From Acidobacteriota bacterium (GTDB lineage Bacteria > Acidobacteriota > Vicinamibacteria > Vicinamibacterales > CAVVIG01): DNA of 64,000 nucleotides. The stretch covers positions 5,641 to 69,640 of the forward strand of contig QHWJ01000237.1 of assembly GCA_003222535.1 (NCBI GenBank), in the 5' to 3' direction. Below the pieces are notes generated by a model. That model did not search any database. It saw only the letters and a list, made by a program, of their open reading frames with translations, and was not told where the DNA came from. Positions 17,781 to 27,552 of this stretch are shown piece after piece. Position 1 is the first letter of the stretch; every line of letters begins with the position of its first letter. Both the position numbers and the translations under genes were made by a program.

Positions 17781-18521
17781 ATGATCATTCCCGACGCGGT
17801 GCACGCACTGGATCGTGAGCTCCGCGGAATCTTCGGTGCTCGCCTGCAATCGCTCAGCATCTACGGCGGGCGTACGGACGCCGGGGCGCAGCCGCACGGC
17901 GCGTCCGCTGCGCACGGACACGACGGACCCCCGACGCAAACGCTCGCCGTCGTCGACTCGCTGACGCAGGACGACCTGCGGGGTTGCGCGAGGCACGTCG
18001 AGGCATGGCACGACGCCGGCCTGGCGACGCCGCTGCTCATCGCCGAGCGTGAGCTCGAGCGCTCGCTCGATGCCTTTCCGCTCGAGCTCGGGGCAATCCT
18101 CGCGGATCACGTCGTCGTCTCGGGCGGCAACCCGTTCGCGTCGCTCGCGGTCGATGCCGCCGACATGCGCCGTGCGTGTGAAGTGCAGGCGCGCAGCCAT
18201 CTGCTGCATCTGCGCGAAGGGTTTCTGGAAACCCGCGGCCGCGCCGACGCGCTGGCCGTCCTGATCGTTCAGTCGGCCGGGGCCTTCGCCGCGCTGGTCT
18301 CGAGCATCGCACGGCTCGAAGGGCACACGAGCTCCGATGCCGCCGCAGCCGCGCGCCACGTGGAACGGATCCTCAATCTCCCCGGGGGCCCGGTCACCGA
18401 GGTGACCAAGCTCGTCGGCGTCCGCGAAATCGCGTCCGCCGACGCGGAGCGACTGTTCCCGTCCTATCTCGACGCGGTGGAACGGCTCGTGACCTACGTG
18501 GATGGATGGAGCTCACGTTGA
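17781..18521 (+). CDS. Nucleotidyltransferase-like conserved protein (LemA/TPM operon partner)
   Basis: IFGARLQSLSIYG, SLDAFPLE, RRACE..HLLHLREG; operon context. Confidence 0.6.
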   Translation: MIIPDAVHALDRELRGIFGARLQSLSIYGGRTDAGAQPHGASAAHGHDGPPTQTLAVVDSLTQDDLRGCARHVEAWHDAGLATPLLIAERELERSLDAFPLELGAILADHVVVSGGNPFASLAVDAADMRRACEVQARSHLLHLREGFLETRGRADALAVLIVQSAGAFAALVSSIARLEGHTSSDAAAAARHVERILNLPGGPVTEVTKLVGVREIASADAERLFPSYLDAVERLVTYVDGWSSR

Positions 18522-19384
18522 GAAAAGCGCTTGTCATGGCTAATGGCTCAGGGCAAATGGCTAGCTCGTCCGGTAGCCATCGGCGATCAGCCATCAGCCA
18601 TGTCTCGGCACTCGTCGTTGTGGCCCTCGTCTTTGCGCTCGCGCCCCTCCGTGCCGCGGACCCGCTCCCCGAGCTCACTCAGCCAGTGAACGACTTCGCG
18701 AGGGTCATCGATCCTGAAAGCGCCCGGGAGATGGACCGCATGATTCGCGCGCTGCAGGCCGCGACCGGCGACGTCGTTGTCGTGGCGACAGTCCCGACGA
18801 TCGAGCCGTTCGGTGACATCGTCGAGTACGCGGTCAAGCTGTTCGAGAACCACGGCCGCGGAATCGGGCAGAAAGGCAAGAACAACGGCGTGCTGACCGT
18901 GCTCGCGGTGAAGGAGCGGCGCGTCCGGGTCGAGGTCGGCTACGACCTCGAGCAGTGGATCACCGATGGGTTCGCCGGCGAGACGAGCCGCGAGCACATG
19001 GCACCGGAGTTCAGAAACGGCCGCTACGGCGCGGGCCTGCGCGCCGGAACGGAGCGCATCATCGGACGCATCGCGCAGGGAAGGAACGTCACCCTCGAAG
19101 GCGTGCGCGTGCCGCGCGAGACCACGGGCGATCGCGGCATGCCTGTACCGGTCTCGATCCCGTTCCTGATCTTCATCGCCATCCTGATCATCAGCCGCAT
19201 CGGCGGCGGTGGGGGCCGGGGCCGGCGCTTCTGGGGCGGCGGAGGCTGGAGCGGATGGTCGAGCGGCGTGGGACCTTTCGGCGGCGGCTGGAGTGGCGGC
19301 GCGGGTGGAGGTGGAGGGTTCGGCGGCGGATTCGGCGGTTTTGGCGGCGGCCGGAGCGGCGGGGGCGGCGGCGCGAGTTGGTAG
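18506..19384 (+). CDS. TPM-domain (DUF477) membrane protein with Gly-rich tail
   Basis: VNDFARVI, GIGQKGKNNGVL, RVEVGYDLE, C-terminal GGFGGGRSGGGGASW; true start probably downstream of 18506. Confidence 0.88.
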   Translation: MELTLRKALVMANGSGQMASSSGSHRRSAISHVSALVVVALVFALAPLRAADPLPELTQPVNDFARVIDPESAREMDRMIRALQAATGDVVVVATVPTIEPFGDIVEYAVKLFENHGRGIGQKGKNNGVLTVLAVKERRVRVEVGYDLEQWITDGFAGETSREHMAPEFRNGRYGAGLRAGTERIIGRIAQGRNVTLEGVRVPRETTGDRGMPVPVSIPFLIFIAILIISRIGGGGGRGRRFWGGGGWSGWSSGVGPFGGGWSGGAGGGGGFGGGFGGFGGGRSGGGGGASW

Positions 19385-19393
19385 AATGACTGT

Positions 19394-19972
19394 ATGACGA
19401 TGACGAGAAGAACGTTGCTGCGGATCGCCGTGGTCACGGCCGTCGCGATGCCGCTGACCGGCTGCTCCTACAACAGATTCGTCGGCCAGGAAGAGGCGAT
19501 CAAAGCGCAGTGGGCGCAGGTCGAGAACCAGCTGCAGCGTCGAAACGACCTCATCCCGAACCTCGTGGAAACCGTAAAGGGCTATGCGCTGCACGAGGAA
19601 AGCGTCTACAAGGACATCGCTGACGCCCGCTCGCAGTTGCTGAGCGCGAAGTCGCCCGAGGAGAGCATTGCCGCGGCGAATCGCCAGAGCTCCGCCCTTG
19701 GACGGCTGCTCGCCGTCGTCGAAAACTATCCGCAGCTCAAAGCCAACGAACAGTTCAACCGCTTGATGGACGAGCTGGCCGGCACGGAGAATCGCCTCGC
19801 CGTCGAGCGCATGCGCTACAACGAGCGTGTGCAGGAGTACAACACGTCGCGCCGCCAGTTCCCCGCCAACGTGACGGCGAAGTTGTTCGGCTTCAAGGAA
19901 TACCCCTTCTTCCAGGCACCGGCCGAGGCGAAGCAGGTGCCCAAGGTCAACTTCGGCAGGCAGCCTTCGTAA
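19394..19972 (+). CDS. lemA: LemA-family protein
   Basis: WAQVENQLQRRNDLIPNLVETVKGYA, ENYPQLKA, ELAGTENR..R.RYNE. Confidence 0.95.
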   Translation: MTMTRRTLLRIAVVTAVAMPLTGCSYNRFVGQEEAIKAQWAQVENQLQRRNDLIPNLVETVKGYALHEESVYKDIADARSQLLSAKSPEESIAAANRQSSALGRLLAVVENYPQLKANEQFNRLMDELAGTENRLAVERMRYNERVQEYNTSRRQFPANVTAKLFGFKEYPFFQAPAEAKQVPKVNFGRQPS

Positions 19973-19982
19973 GACAGATCCC

Positions 19983-20912
19983 GTGAATCCTCAGATACCG
20001 CTGCCATGGGAACGGCTGCTCTGGAGCAGCCGTCCGTGGCGGCTTGCGCCGCGAATCGCCGGCGAGCGATATCTGCTGACCGACTTTCGTCTGTTGCGCG
20101 TCACCCGGCGCGGCGGAGAGGAGATCGCTCTCGACGACATGGGCGAGATCCAACGCATCGAGTCGCCGGTCGATCGCGCGCTCGGCACGTCGACGATCGT
20201 CGTTCATCCCCGCCGGCCGAGAGTGCACCCCGTCGTCCTCACCGGCGTCCGCCGTGGCGCCCAATTCGCGGCCCTGCTCGAGTTGCTCTCGCAGGATCCG
20301 CACGCCCCGCGTGACCGCGACGCCGTACGTTCGGCGCTCGCCTGGGAACCGCGGCACCCGGCCGTTGGTCGGCGTCAGGCGCTGGCCGGTTTCCTTGCCG
20401 TGCTGATCGCGATTCTCGCCGTCGCGATCGGCTTGCACGGAAACACGCCGGCGGTCACATACGCACCCGACGATGCGATTGCGCCGAACGGTGACAAGCG
20501 GAGCCAGGCCGAGATCGTGCGCTTCATGGAGGCCGAGGTGCTGCCGTGGGCGCGGACGACGCTGGGCCGTCTCAAAGGCGGAGCCGATCGCGTGACGTGC
20601 GCCACGTGCCACGCCTCGCACGCCGAGACGCGGGGCTGGCGGATGCCGGGAGTGGCGGCGCTGCCGCAGCCCGACGTGAAGGATCGCGGCTGGGAGACGT
20701 ACTCGAGCGCCATGGACGCGCAGATGCGGAACGCCATTTACGGGTACGTCGCCGAGTCGGAGAAGCAGGCGAAGGCCGCGTACATGCGGGAAGTCGTCAT
20801 GCCGGGCATGGCGCGTATCCTTCATCGTCCGGCCTACGATTTCACGCGATCGTACGAATTCAATCGCTCACAAGGCGCGCTGGGCTGCTATCATTGCCAC
20901 AGCGTCAAGTGA
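19983..20912 (+). CDS. Membrane protein: bacterial PH-like domain, TM helix, diheme c-type cytochrome
   Basis: RYLLTDFRL..IQRIESPVDRALGTSTIVV; one TM; CATCH and CYHCH heme motifs. Confidence 0.7.
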   Translation: MNPQIPLPWERLLWSSRPWRLAPRIAGERYLLTDFRLLRVTRRGGEEIALDDMGEIQRIESPVDRALGTSTIVVHPRRPRVHPVVLTGVRRGAQFAALLELLSQDPHAPRDRDAVRSALAWEPRHPAVGRRQALAGFLAVLIAILAVAIGLHGNTPAVTYAPDDAIAPNGDKRSQAEIVRFMEAEVLPWARTTLGRLKGGADRVTCATCHASHAETRGWRMPGVAALPQPDVKDRGWETYSSAMDAQMRNAIYGYVAESEKQAKAAYMREVVMPGMARILHRPAYDFTRSYEFNRSQGALGCYHCHSVK

Positions 20913-21307
20913 CTCGCGAGCATCAAACGTCAGCCGATGGTCCCGTCGCGGTCCCTGCCTCGGGCCTGCTGTGCGCCTGGAGCTCGCACGACTGGCGTGA
21001 CGGCGTGCAGGTCGACGAGCTGCTCGCGCTCGATCGCCTGATCGTCCGGACCGAGAACAGCACATACGAAATCGTCCTGCTTTCGCCGACCGCCGCACAT
21101 GTACTGGTTCGCGGCGGCGCCTACTTTCCAGTGTTCACTCCCGCCCGCCTGGCCGGCAGCTCGCTCGGCGGCAGCTTTCTGAAGCTGCGCAGCATCCATG
21201 TCGGCTTCCGAATGGAGCTCGGCACCGACAGCGGGTTCATCATCACCAGCTCCGTACGAACGGTCGCCATCGCGCCTGCGGTCACCAATCCCAACGACAT
21301 CATGTAA
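20909..21307 (+). CDS. Conserved hypothetical beta-rich protein
   Basis: GTGA overlap with the upstream stop; VRTENSTYEI..VRGGAYFP..GSSLGGSFLK..VGFRME..ITSSVR. Confidence 0.7.
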   Translation: MTREHQTSADGPVAVPASGLLCAWSSHDWRDGVQVDELLALDRLIVRTENSTYEIVLLSPTAAHVLVRGGAYFPVFTPARLAGSSLGGSFLKLRSIHVGFRMELGTDSGFIITSSVRTVAIAPAVTNPNDIM

Positions 21308-21321
21308 GGGCTCTCTGAGGG

Positions 21322-22551
21322 ATGTCGCGACTCTGGCCCCCGCTGGCGCTCGCGTGCGCGCTCGTCGGCGCGTCCCCTGCGGCGCAACGGCGGCCTGCCC
21401 CCGAGCCGATCCTGATTCTGATCTCGTTCGACGGCTGGCGGTGGGACTACATCGATCGCGTGCCGGCGCCGAACCTGCGAGCGCTCGCCTCGCGCGGCGT
21501 CCGCGCGAAGGAGTTGATCCCGTCGTTCCCGTCGTTCACGTTCCCCAACCACTACACGATCGTCACCGGGCTGTATCCCCAGCATCACGGCATTGTGGCG
21601 AACACCATGGCCGACCCGGGGTTTCCGGAGCGGTTCACGATGTCGTCTGGCACGGCGAAGGATCCCCGGTGGTGGGGAGGCGAGCCGATCTGGGTCACAG
21701 CGTCCCTCCAGGGACGCCGGGCAGCGCCGATGTTCTGGCCGGGGAGCGAGGCCCCCATCCGCGGCGTGCGGCCCACGTATTGGGTTCCGTTCGATGACAA
21801 GGTCACGAACGCCGGGCGCGTGGCGCAGTCGCTCGGCTGGCTGGCGCTGCCTGAATCGCAGCGGCCGGCGTTCCTCACGGTGTATTTCAGCGAGGTCGAT
21901 CATGCCGGTCACGACTACGGACCGGAGTCGGCGGAGCTGCGGACGGCGGCGACGCACCTCGACGAGGCGCTCGGAGGGATCATCGAGGGCGTGAAGCGGC
22001 TCGGCCTCGACGATCGGACAACCGTCGTGGTCGTGTCCGATCACGGCATGACGCCGGTCGCCGACGACCGCCTGATCTTTATCGACGACTACGTCGACTT
22101 GCGCCTCGTCGATGTGGTCGAATCGGGCGCGCTGCTCCAGGCGGCGCCGCGAACCGGGACTGTTGACGCGATTTACCGGCTGCTGCACGGGAAGAACCCT
22201 CATCTCGCGATCTACAAGCGCGAGCAGCTGCCCGCCCGCTTTCACTATCGAAACAACCCCCGGATTCAGCCGATCGTGGGGGTGCCCGATGAAGGGTGGA
22301 CGGTGACGACGCACGAAGCGGAAGCCAACCGGAAACCGGACGCGAAGCCGAGACGCGGTGCGCATGGGTATGACACCAGGCTCCGGTCGATGCACGGTTT
22401 GTTCGTCGCCGCCGGACCGCCGATTCGCCGCGGCATCATCGCGGCGCCGTTCGAGAACGTCCACATCTACGACCTGCTGTGCGCAGTGCTGAAGCTCACG
22501 CCTGCAGCTAATGACGGCGATCCGGCGGTCACGCGTCGATTCTTGCGGTGA
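21322..22551 (+). CDS. Ectonucleotide pyrophosphatase/phosphodiesterase (alkaline phosphatase superfamily)
   Basis: LISFDGWRWDY, PSFTFPNHYTIVTGLYP, DHAGH, SDHGM, GAHGYD. Confidence 0.92.
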   Translation: MSRLWPPLALACALVGASPAAQRRPAPEPILILISFDGWRWDYIDRVPAPNLRALASRGVRAKELIPSFPSFTFPNHYTIVTGLYPQHHGIVANTMADPGFPERFTMSSGTAKDPRWWGGEPIWVTASLQGRRAAPMFWPGSEAPIRGVRPTYWVPFDDKVTNAGRVAQSLGWLALPESQRPAFLTVYFSEVDHAGHDYGPESAELRTAATHLDEALGGIIEGVKRLGLDDRTTVVVVSDHGMTPVADDRLIFIDDYVDLRLVDVVESGALLQAAPRTGTVDAIYRLLHGKNPHLAIYKREQLPARFHYRNNPRIQPIVGVPDEGWTVTTHEAEANRKPDAKPRRGAHGYDTRLRSMHGLFVAAGPPIRRGIIAAPFENVHIYDLLCAVLKLTPAANDGDPAVTRRFLR

Positions 22552-22559
22552 AGCGCGGC

Positions 22560-22750
22560 GGCACCGCTGAAGCGGTGCCCTACGTACGGGGGCGCAGCGT
22601 GGCACCGCTGAAGCGGTGCCCTACGTACGAAGTGCGTATGGCGTCGCGCGAGGCTGCAATGCGTTCGTACGTACGGCGCAGCTTTAGCCGTGCCGCATGT
22701 AGGGCGCGGCTTTAGCCGTGCCGTACGGAGGGCGTAGCTTCAGCCGTGCC
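22560..22750. repeat. Cluster of five GTAG-type REPs (two reverse, three forward)
   Basis: Exact 29-bp duplicate GGCACCGCTGAAGCGGTGCCCTACGTACG (22560, 22601) and three variants of GTAGGGCGCGGCTTTAGCCGTGCC. Confidence 0.85.
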
Positions 22751-22795
22751 GCACGTGGGCCACGCACGAAGGACGGAGGACCAAGGACTCGAGCT

Positions 22796-24451
22796 CTAGC
22801 GCCTCGGAATCAGCGTGAGCGTCACCTCGGCGTTCGCCTGAACGGCGCGGTCGCTGAACACGAGTGCGAAGGAGTCGCCGGCGGCCCAGATCTGTGCGAG
22901 ATCAGAAAAGTGCGCGCTTTCCGGCGACCCTGCCTGCCCCGGTGCGTTGATCGCGACCGAACGATCCCAGTCCGCGGCGTCGAAGGTCGCGCTGAAAGGC
23001 GCCCCGGCGTGGGCGCTCGGCGTCAGGGGCCCGACGTTGAACCGTTGTCGTGCGGCGTCGGTGATGCCGAGCGGATGTGCGAAAACCGCCGCGTCGCTCT
23101 GCTGTGCCGGAAGGGCCGCCGCGGGAGCCGCAGTATTGAAGGCGTGCGGCAGATCGTCCAGTATCCGCCAGCCGGTCCACTCCGACGCTCGGCGGATGGG
23201 CACCAGCGCGGCGACTTGAAACCCCCTATTGTGGTCCACGTCCGAATAGAGGATCTTCCGCGCCGGCATTTTCCATCGTGCGGCGGCTTCGCGGAATTCC
23301 GTCCAGGAGCGCGCGCGATCGATGGCCAGCGCGCCCAATTCCGCCGCCGCGCCGGGCTCCATTCCGCTCCACCGCACGGTGAACGCCAGGTTCCGCGCGC
23401 GGTCCGACGCGACGACAACGCCGTGAGGCGTGTGCTCGATGTCGAAGACGAACGGCTTCGAACGGCCCTTGACGACGATCGGCTCCTTGACGATCTCGCG
23501 AGTCGATTGACCCACCGGCTCGGTGTACACGTCCTCGGTGTCCGCATCGAACGGCGCGGGATTCCATGCGATCCGCTCGTTGTGACCGATTGCAACGCCC
23601 GGCAGCCACGGGGACGTGGCGCCGATGACGTTCCATCGGGGCGCATTGAGGTGCACCAGATACCGGGGCGATGGGTGAGCGAGCGTTCGCGCAGGCTTGG
23701 GCGTCGCGGCGTCGGTCGCGTCCGCCTTCAGGCGAACCTGGACGGGTGCGGCGAGGCCTACAAAAAACGGCGGCGTCCCGACGCGCCGGATCGCGTCGAC
23801 GACGACACCGCTCAAGCGCTTTCGGGATGTCTCATCGATCGCATCGCCGCTCGCCACGAAGGCGTCGGTCCGGTTCAACAGGTCGGCGGGCGCCCAGAGC
23901 TCGGGCTTCCATCCCGCGAGGACGAATTCCTCCGGCGGCCGCTCGCGGGCGAGCGTCACCCATGCGTTGATACCGCCGACGAACGCGGCCGCGATCGTCT
24001 TCGCGTCCGGCCCGTAGCTCGCCCACTCCGCGTTGAGATCACCGCGGTACTGTACACGCCGCGTCATCGCGTCGCGGTCGACGAAGTTCGCGCCGAGCAC
24101 TTCGGACAGCCGTCCCTGCACTGATCGCCGCCACAGATCCATCTGGAACAACCGGTCCTGCGCCTGGACGAAGCCTTGCCCGAAGAAAAGATCGTCCTGG
24201 TTCTGCGCGTAGATATGCGGCACCCCCCACTTGTCGCGGACGATGCGGACGGGGGCGGAGAGTCCGGCGGTCTCGAACGTGCCCGAGACTCGAGCCACCA
24301 GCGGCGGCGACGGGGGTGGCGCGCGACGGCAGGCGTCGAAGACACAGAGTGGACAGAGGACACAGAGAATCAAAAGCCACGGAGACACCGAGACACGGAG
24401 ATATTTCGAACAGAAGATCAAAAGATCAGGAGTTGTGTCGTTCTTCAACAA
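22796..24451 (-). CDS. Penicillin acylase (Ntn hydrolase) family paralog, shortened and lacking the SNNW nucleophile
   Basis: RDKWGVPHIYA, QGFVQAQDRLFQMDL, GHNERIAW, PGQAGSPESAHFSDL; start uncertain (probably near 24388). Confidence 0.75.
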   Translation of the reverse strand: MLKNDTTPDLLIFCSKYLRVSVSPWLLILCVLCPLCVFDACRRAPPPSPPLVARVSGTFETAGLSAPVRIVRDKWGVPHIYAQNQDDLFFGQGFVQAQDRLFQMDLWRRSVQGRLSEVLGANFVDRDAMTRRVQYRGDLNAEWASYGPDAKTIAAAFVGGINAWVTLARERPPEEFVLAGWKPELWAPADLLNRTDAFVASGDAIDETSRKRLSGVVVDAIRRVGTPPFFVGLAAPVQVRLKADATDAATPKPARTLAHPSPRYLVHLNAPRWNVIGATSPWLPGVAIGHNERIAWNPAPFDADTEDVYTEPVGQSTREIVKEPIVVKGRSKPFVFDIEHTPHGVVVASDRARNLAFTVRWSGMEPGAAAELGALAIDRARSWTEFREAAARWKMPARKILYSDVDHNRGFQVAALVPIRRASEWTGWRILDDLPHAFNTAAPAAALPAQQSDAAVFAHPLGITDAARQRFNVGPLTPSAHAGAPFSATFDAADWDRSVAINAPGQAGSPESAHFSDLAQIWAAGDSFALVFSDRAVQANAEVTLTLIPRR

Positions 24452-24525
24452 GAACCTCCTGGCCTCCTGATCTCCTGTTCAAGAAAACCCTCTGCGTCTC
24501 TGTGGCTGTTTCGGTCTCTGTGATC
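24338..24525. repeat. Nested tandem inverted repeats (CACAGAG outer arms, AAGATCAGGAG inner arms)
   Basis: Outer GACACAGAG/CACGGAG ... CTCTGCG/CTCTGTG; inner GAACAGAAGATCAAAAGATCAGGAG ... CTCCTGGCCTCCTGATCTCCTGTTC. Confidence 0.75.
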
Positions 24526-24555
24526 TCACGAGTCTCAGTGTTCTACACTGTCGCC

Positions 24556-25050
24556 ATGGCGATCAAAGACGCTCTGCTGGCCGACTACGATCACGAGATG
24601 GGAACGACAAGAAAGCTGCTCGAGCGTCTCCCCGACGACCGACTGTCCTGGAAGCCGCATGCGAAATCGATGTCCCTCGGCGGGCTGGCGACGCATCTCA
24701 GCACCATCCCGCACTGGGCGGGCACCATCCTGAACGAGCCGTTCTTCGACCTGGCGGGCGCCCCGCCGAACCAGCCGGAAAGGACGTCACGCGCCGAGCT
24801 GCTCGCGGCGTTCGACGAGACGCGGACGCGGACGCGGACGTGGATGGACAAGAGCGACGCCGAGTACCTGTCGAACTGGACACTGAAGCGCGGCGGTCAG
24901 GTGATGTTCTCGGTGCCGCGGGTCTCGGCTTTTCGCAGCTTCGTTCTGCATCACATCATCCACCATCGCGGGCAGCTGAGCGTCTACCTGCGGTTGAACG
25001 ACATCCCGGTGCCCGCGATCTACGGTCCGTCGGCCGACGAGGGCTCGTAG
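24556..25050 (+). CDS. DinB/YfiT-family protein
   Basis: WKPHAKSMSLGGLATHL, HIIHHRGQLSVYLR..VPAIYGPSAD. Confidence 0.92.
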   Translation: MAIKDALLADYDHEMGTTRKLLERLPDDRLSWKPHAKSMSLGGLATHLSTIPHWAGTILNEPFFDLAGAPPNQPERTSRAELLAAFDETRTRTRTWMDKSDAEYLSNWTLKRGGQVMFSVPRVSAFRSFVLHHIIHHRGQLSVYLRLNDIPVPAIYGPSADEGS

Positions 25051-25057
25051 GGCGGGT

Positions 25058-25115
25058 AACCCATGCGACCTACCCGACCCACGCGACCTACTCGACCCAC
25101 CAGACCTACTTGACC
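25058..25115. repeat. 9-nt ACCTACCCG-type tandem repeat
   Basis: GACCTACCC GACCCACGC GACCTACTC GACCCACCA GACCTACTT. Confidence 0.75.
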
Positions 25116-27517
25116 TCGCGGGACCCGCTTGCCGCGCCCGGCAACAGCGTTTGACTCGCCTCCGTGACCGAATCCACTTTCGCGCGGCTGTAGAAGATCG
25201 GGAAGTACTTGTCTCGCGACCAGAGCTCGAAGAGATCGCGGTAATGCGGGCTCGCCGGATCGCCGGACTGTCCCGGATTGTTCAAGGCGACCGAGTTGTC
25301 CCAGTTCTCGGCGTCCGCGATGATTTTCAGCGAGCCGCCGGACGTCTGATTGTCGGCGTTCCCCGTTGCACTGACGGTGTAGCCGTCGCCGCCGCGGGGA
25401 TACGGACCCACGTTCAAGCGGCCGCGCATCTCTGGCGTCGCGATCTCGGCGAGCGGGTGGCGGATGAGCGCGTGGTGATATTTCTCCTGGCCCCAGCGCC
25501 AGGCGCTCAGATCCGGCCCGAGCTTCTTCGTCAGCTCAGCGACCGCTTCCGCCAAGCTGCGTGACAGGATCTCGTCCCTGCCCTTGACCGGGTCGTCGCC
25601 GAACCGTCCGTCCGGCGCGTTCAACCAGTCGATCACCCGCTTCATGCTGGGCTGCCCCACAAATGACTGCGCGGCTTTGGGCACGACGAGGGCGCGGACG
25701 TTCGCGGTCAGGCGCCGCTGCCACATCTCGTAAATCCCCGCAGCGATGGAATCCGCGTCGACGCTGAAGTTCCACTCGAGCAGCATCTGCCGCGCCTTTG
25801 TCACGGTTTGCCAGGTGTCTGACGCCGTGGCGGAAGTCGCGACGCCGCGCAAAAGCGGGACCAGACTGCGCGCCGGAAGCGACACGTTGTCGTTCTGGAG
25901 CCGCATCATGTCGGCAACTGTGTGCAACCGTCCCGACCCCAGCACCTCGCTGATCCGCGAGACACGATACGGATCCGCGCCTGTGTAATGCAGCGCCTCT
26001 TTGTAGGGATAGTCCGGTGGGAACAGATAGTTGTTGGCGGTCGCCACGTAGCCCTTTTCCGGATTCGCGATGTGCGGCAGGGCGTTGATCGGCAGATAGC
26101 CATTCCACTCGTAGCGGCCGTCGCCCGGCACCGGCACAAGGCCCGACCAGTTCGGGCGGAGCGGCGTGATGGCCACCGCCTGATAGCCGATGTTGCCCTG
26201 CCGATCGGCCCAGACCATGTTTTCCGACGGCACGCGGCTGAACGTGCACGCCGCGACGAACTCGTCCCAGGTTCTTGCCTGATCCATCCGCAGGCTCGCC
26301 AGGTAGGGCGCCGACCCCGGCTCCATCCACGCCGCGCGCAGGGCATACGCTTTGTGATGGGTCGCATCTTCGGACAGCACCGGCCCGTGCCGAGTGAACT
26401 TGAGCGTGACGGCCACCGGCGCTTCGCCCTTCACGGGAATCGTGTCCGCGATCACGCGCATGTCCTCCCAGGCGCCACGGTACTTGTACTGATTCGCATT
26501 CGCCGGGTTGGTGTCGTACACGTAGAGATCTTCCGTGTCCGACCCGAAGATGGTCAACCCCCACGCGCCGTACTCATTGTGACCGATCGAAATGCCCGGC
26601 AGCACCGGTTCGCCTCCGCCGATCACGTTCCAGCCTGGCGCGACCAGATGCACCCAGTAGCGCAGCGAAGGGGCGCTCTGGTTGCGATGCGGATCGTTCA
26701 TCATCAGCGGATAGCCGCTCTGGGTCCGTGCGCCGCTCACCACCCAGTTGTTGCTGCCGATGTCCTCGTCCCGCTGGCTCAGCTCGATGGGCGTCGGCTC
26801 CTCGGCCGGCGATGCCGAGCCGAACGCAAGCGGCCGCCGGAACGCGTTGTACAGATCGAGGATCGACGCGTTCAGCAGCGAGAGATCGATCGCCCCATCC
26901 GGCGTGATGTCCGGATCGCCCCCCTGAAAGTACTGCAGCTCCTTCACCTTCTCGGCGCCGAGCACGCGGACGGCCTGCGCGATGTTCAACTCCTGGCCGA
27001 TGTTGGCGAGCAGCGCGTTGTGCCGCGAGATGACGACATCGGGCGTCCACGGCGCCGGCCTGATCCCGAGCATGGCGAATTCGACCGGCAGCCCGGACGG
27101 ATTCGTCAAGGCCCCGGCGATGTACGCGTTCACGCCGCGGACATACGCAGCGATGATCGCTTCGCCGCGCGGGTGATACCAGTTCAACTCCGCCTTGAGA
27201 TCGCCGCGGAACATGTGCAGCCGCGTGCCGATGTCGCGCTTCAGCTCCTTGCGGCCGAGGATCTCCGCGACCGTGCCGGTCGCCTGGCGGCGCCACAGCT
27301 CGAACTGGAACAGCCGATCGCGCGCGGCGGCGTAGCCCTGCGCGAAGAACAGATCGCTCTCGCTCTTCGCGTAGATGTGATTGATGCCCCAGCGGTCGCG
27401 CAGAATCTCGACCGGCTCACGCAGCCCGTCGACACGCAGCGTGGCGCCGGTGGGCGCCGCGCCGGTCGAGCCGGCGGCCGCAGCCAGGACGACAGCGAAG
27501 AAAACCATTTTTCGCAT
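25106..27517 (-). CDS. Penicillin acylase / acyl-homoserine-lactone acylase family (peptidase S45)
   Basis: RDRWGINHIYA, GSNNWVVSG..NDPH catalytic Ser, NPGQSGDPASPHYRD. Confidence 0.93.
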   Translation of the reverse strand: MRKMVFFAVVLAAAAGSTGAAPTGATLRVDGLREPVEILRDRWGINHIYAKSESDLFFAQGYAAARDRLFQFELWRRQATGTVAEILGRKELKRDIGTRLHMFRGDLKAELNWYHPRGEAIIAAYVRGVNAYIAGALTNPSGLPVEFAMLGIRPAPWTPDVVISRHNALLANIGQELNIAQAVRVLGAEKVKELQYFQGGDPDITPDGAIDLSLLNASILDLYNAFRRPLAFGSASPAEEPTPIELSQRDEDIGSNNWVVSGARTQSGYPLMMNDPHRNQSAPSLRYWVHLVAPGWNVIGGGEPVLPGISIGHNEYGAWGLTIFGSDTEDLYVYDTNPANANQYKYRGAWEDMRVIADTIPVKGEAPVAVTLKFTRHGPVLSEDATHHKAYALRAAWMEPGSAPYLASLRMDQARTWDEFVAACTFSRVPSENMVWADRQGNIGYQAVAITPLRPNWSGLVPVPGDGRYEWNGYLPINALPHIANPEKGYVATANNYLFPPDYPYKEALHYTGADPYRVSRISEVLGSGRLHTVADMMRLQNDNVSLPARSLVPLLRGVATSATASDTWQTVTKARQMLLEWNFSVDADSIAAGIYEMWQRRLTANVRALVVPKAAQSFVGQPSMKRVIDWLNAPDGRFGDDPVKGRDEILSRSLAEAVAELTKKLGPDLSAWRWGQEKYHHALIRHPLAEIATPEMRGRLNVGPYPRGGDGYTVSATGNADNQTSGGSLKIIADAENWDNSVALNNPGQSGDPASPHYRDLFELWSRDKYFPIFYSRAKVDSVTEASQTLLPGAASGSREVK

Positions 27518-27552
27518 GGCGCGATGCTAGCACGGGCTACAATGCCTCTACC

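Noticed and set aside
22560-22629. Two identical 29-bp palindromic repeats as a mini CRISPR array
   Set aside because: Only two copies with a 12-nt spacer, a GTAG-REP signature, inverted relatives next to them and no cas genes.
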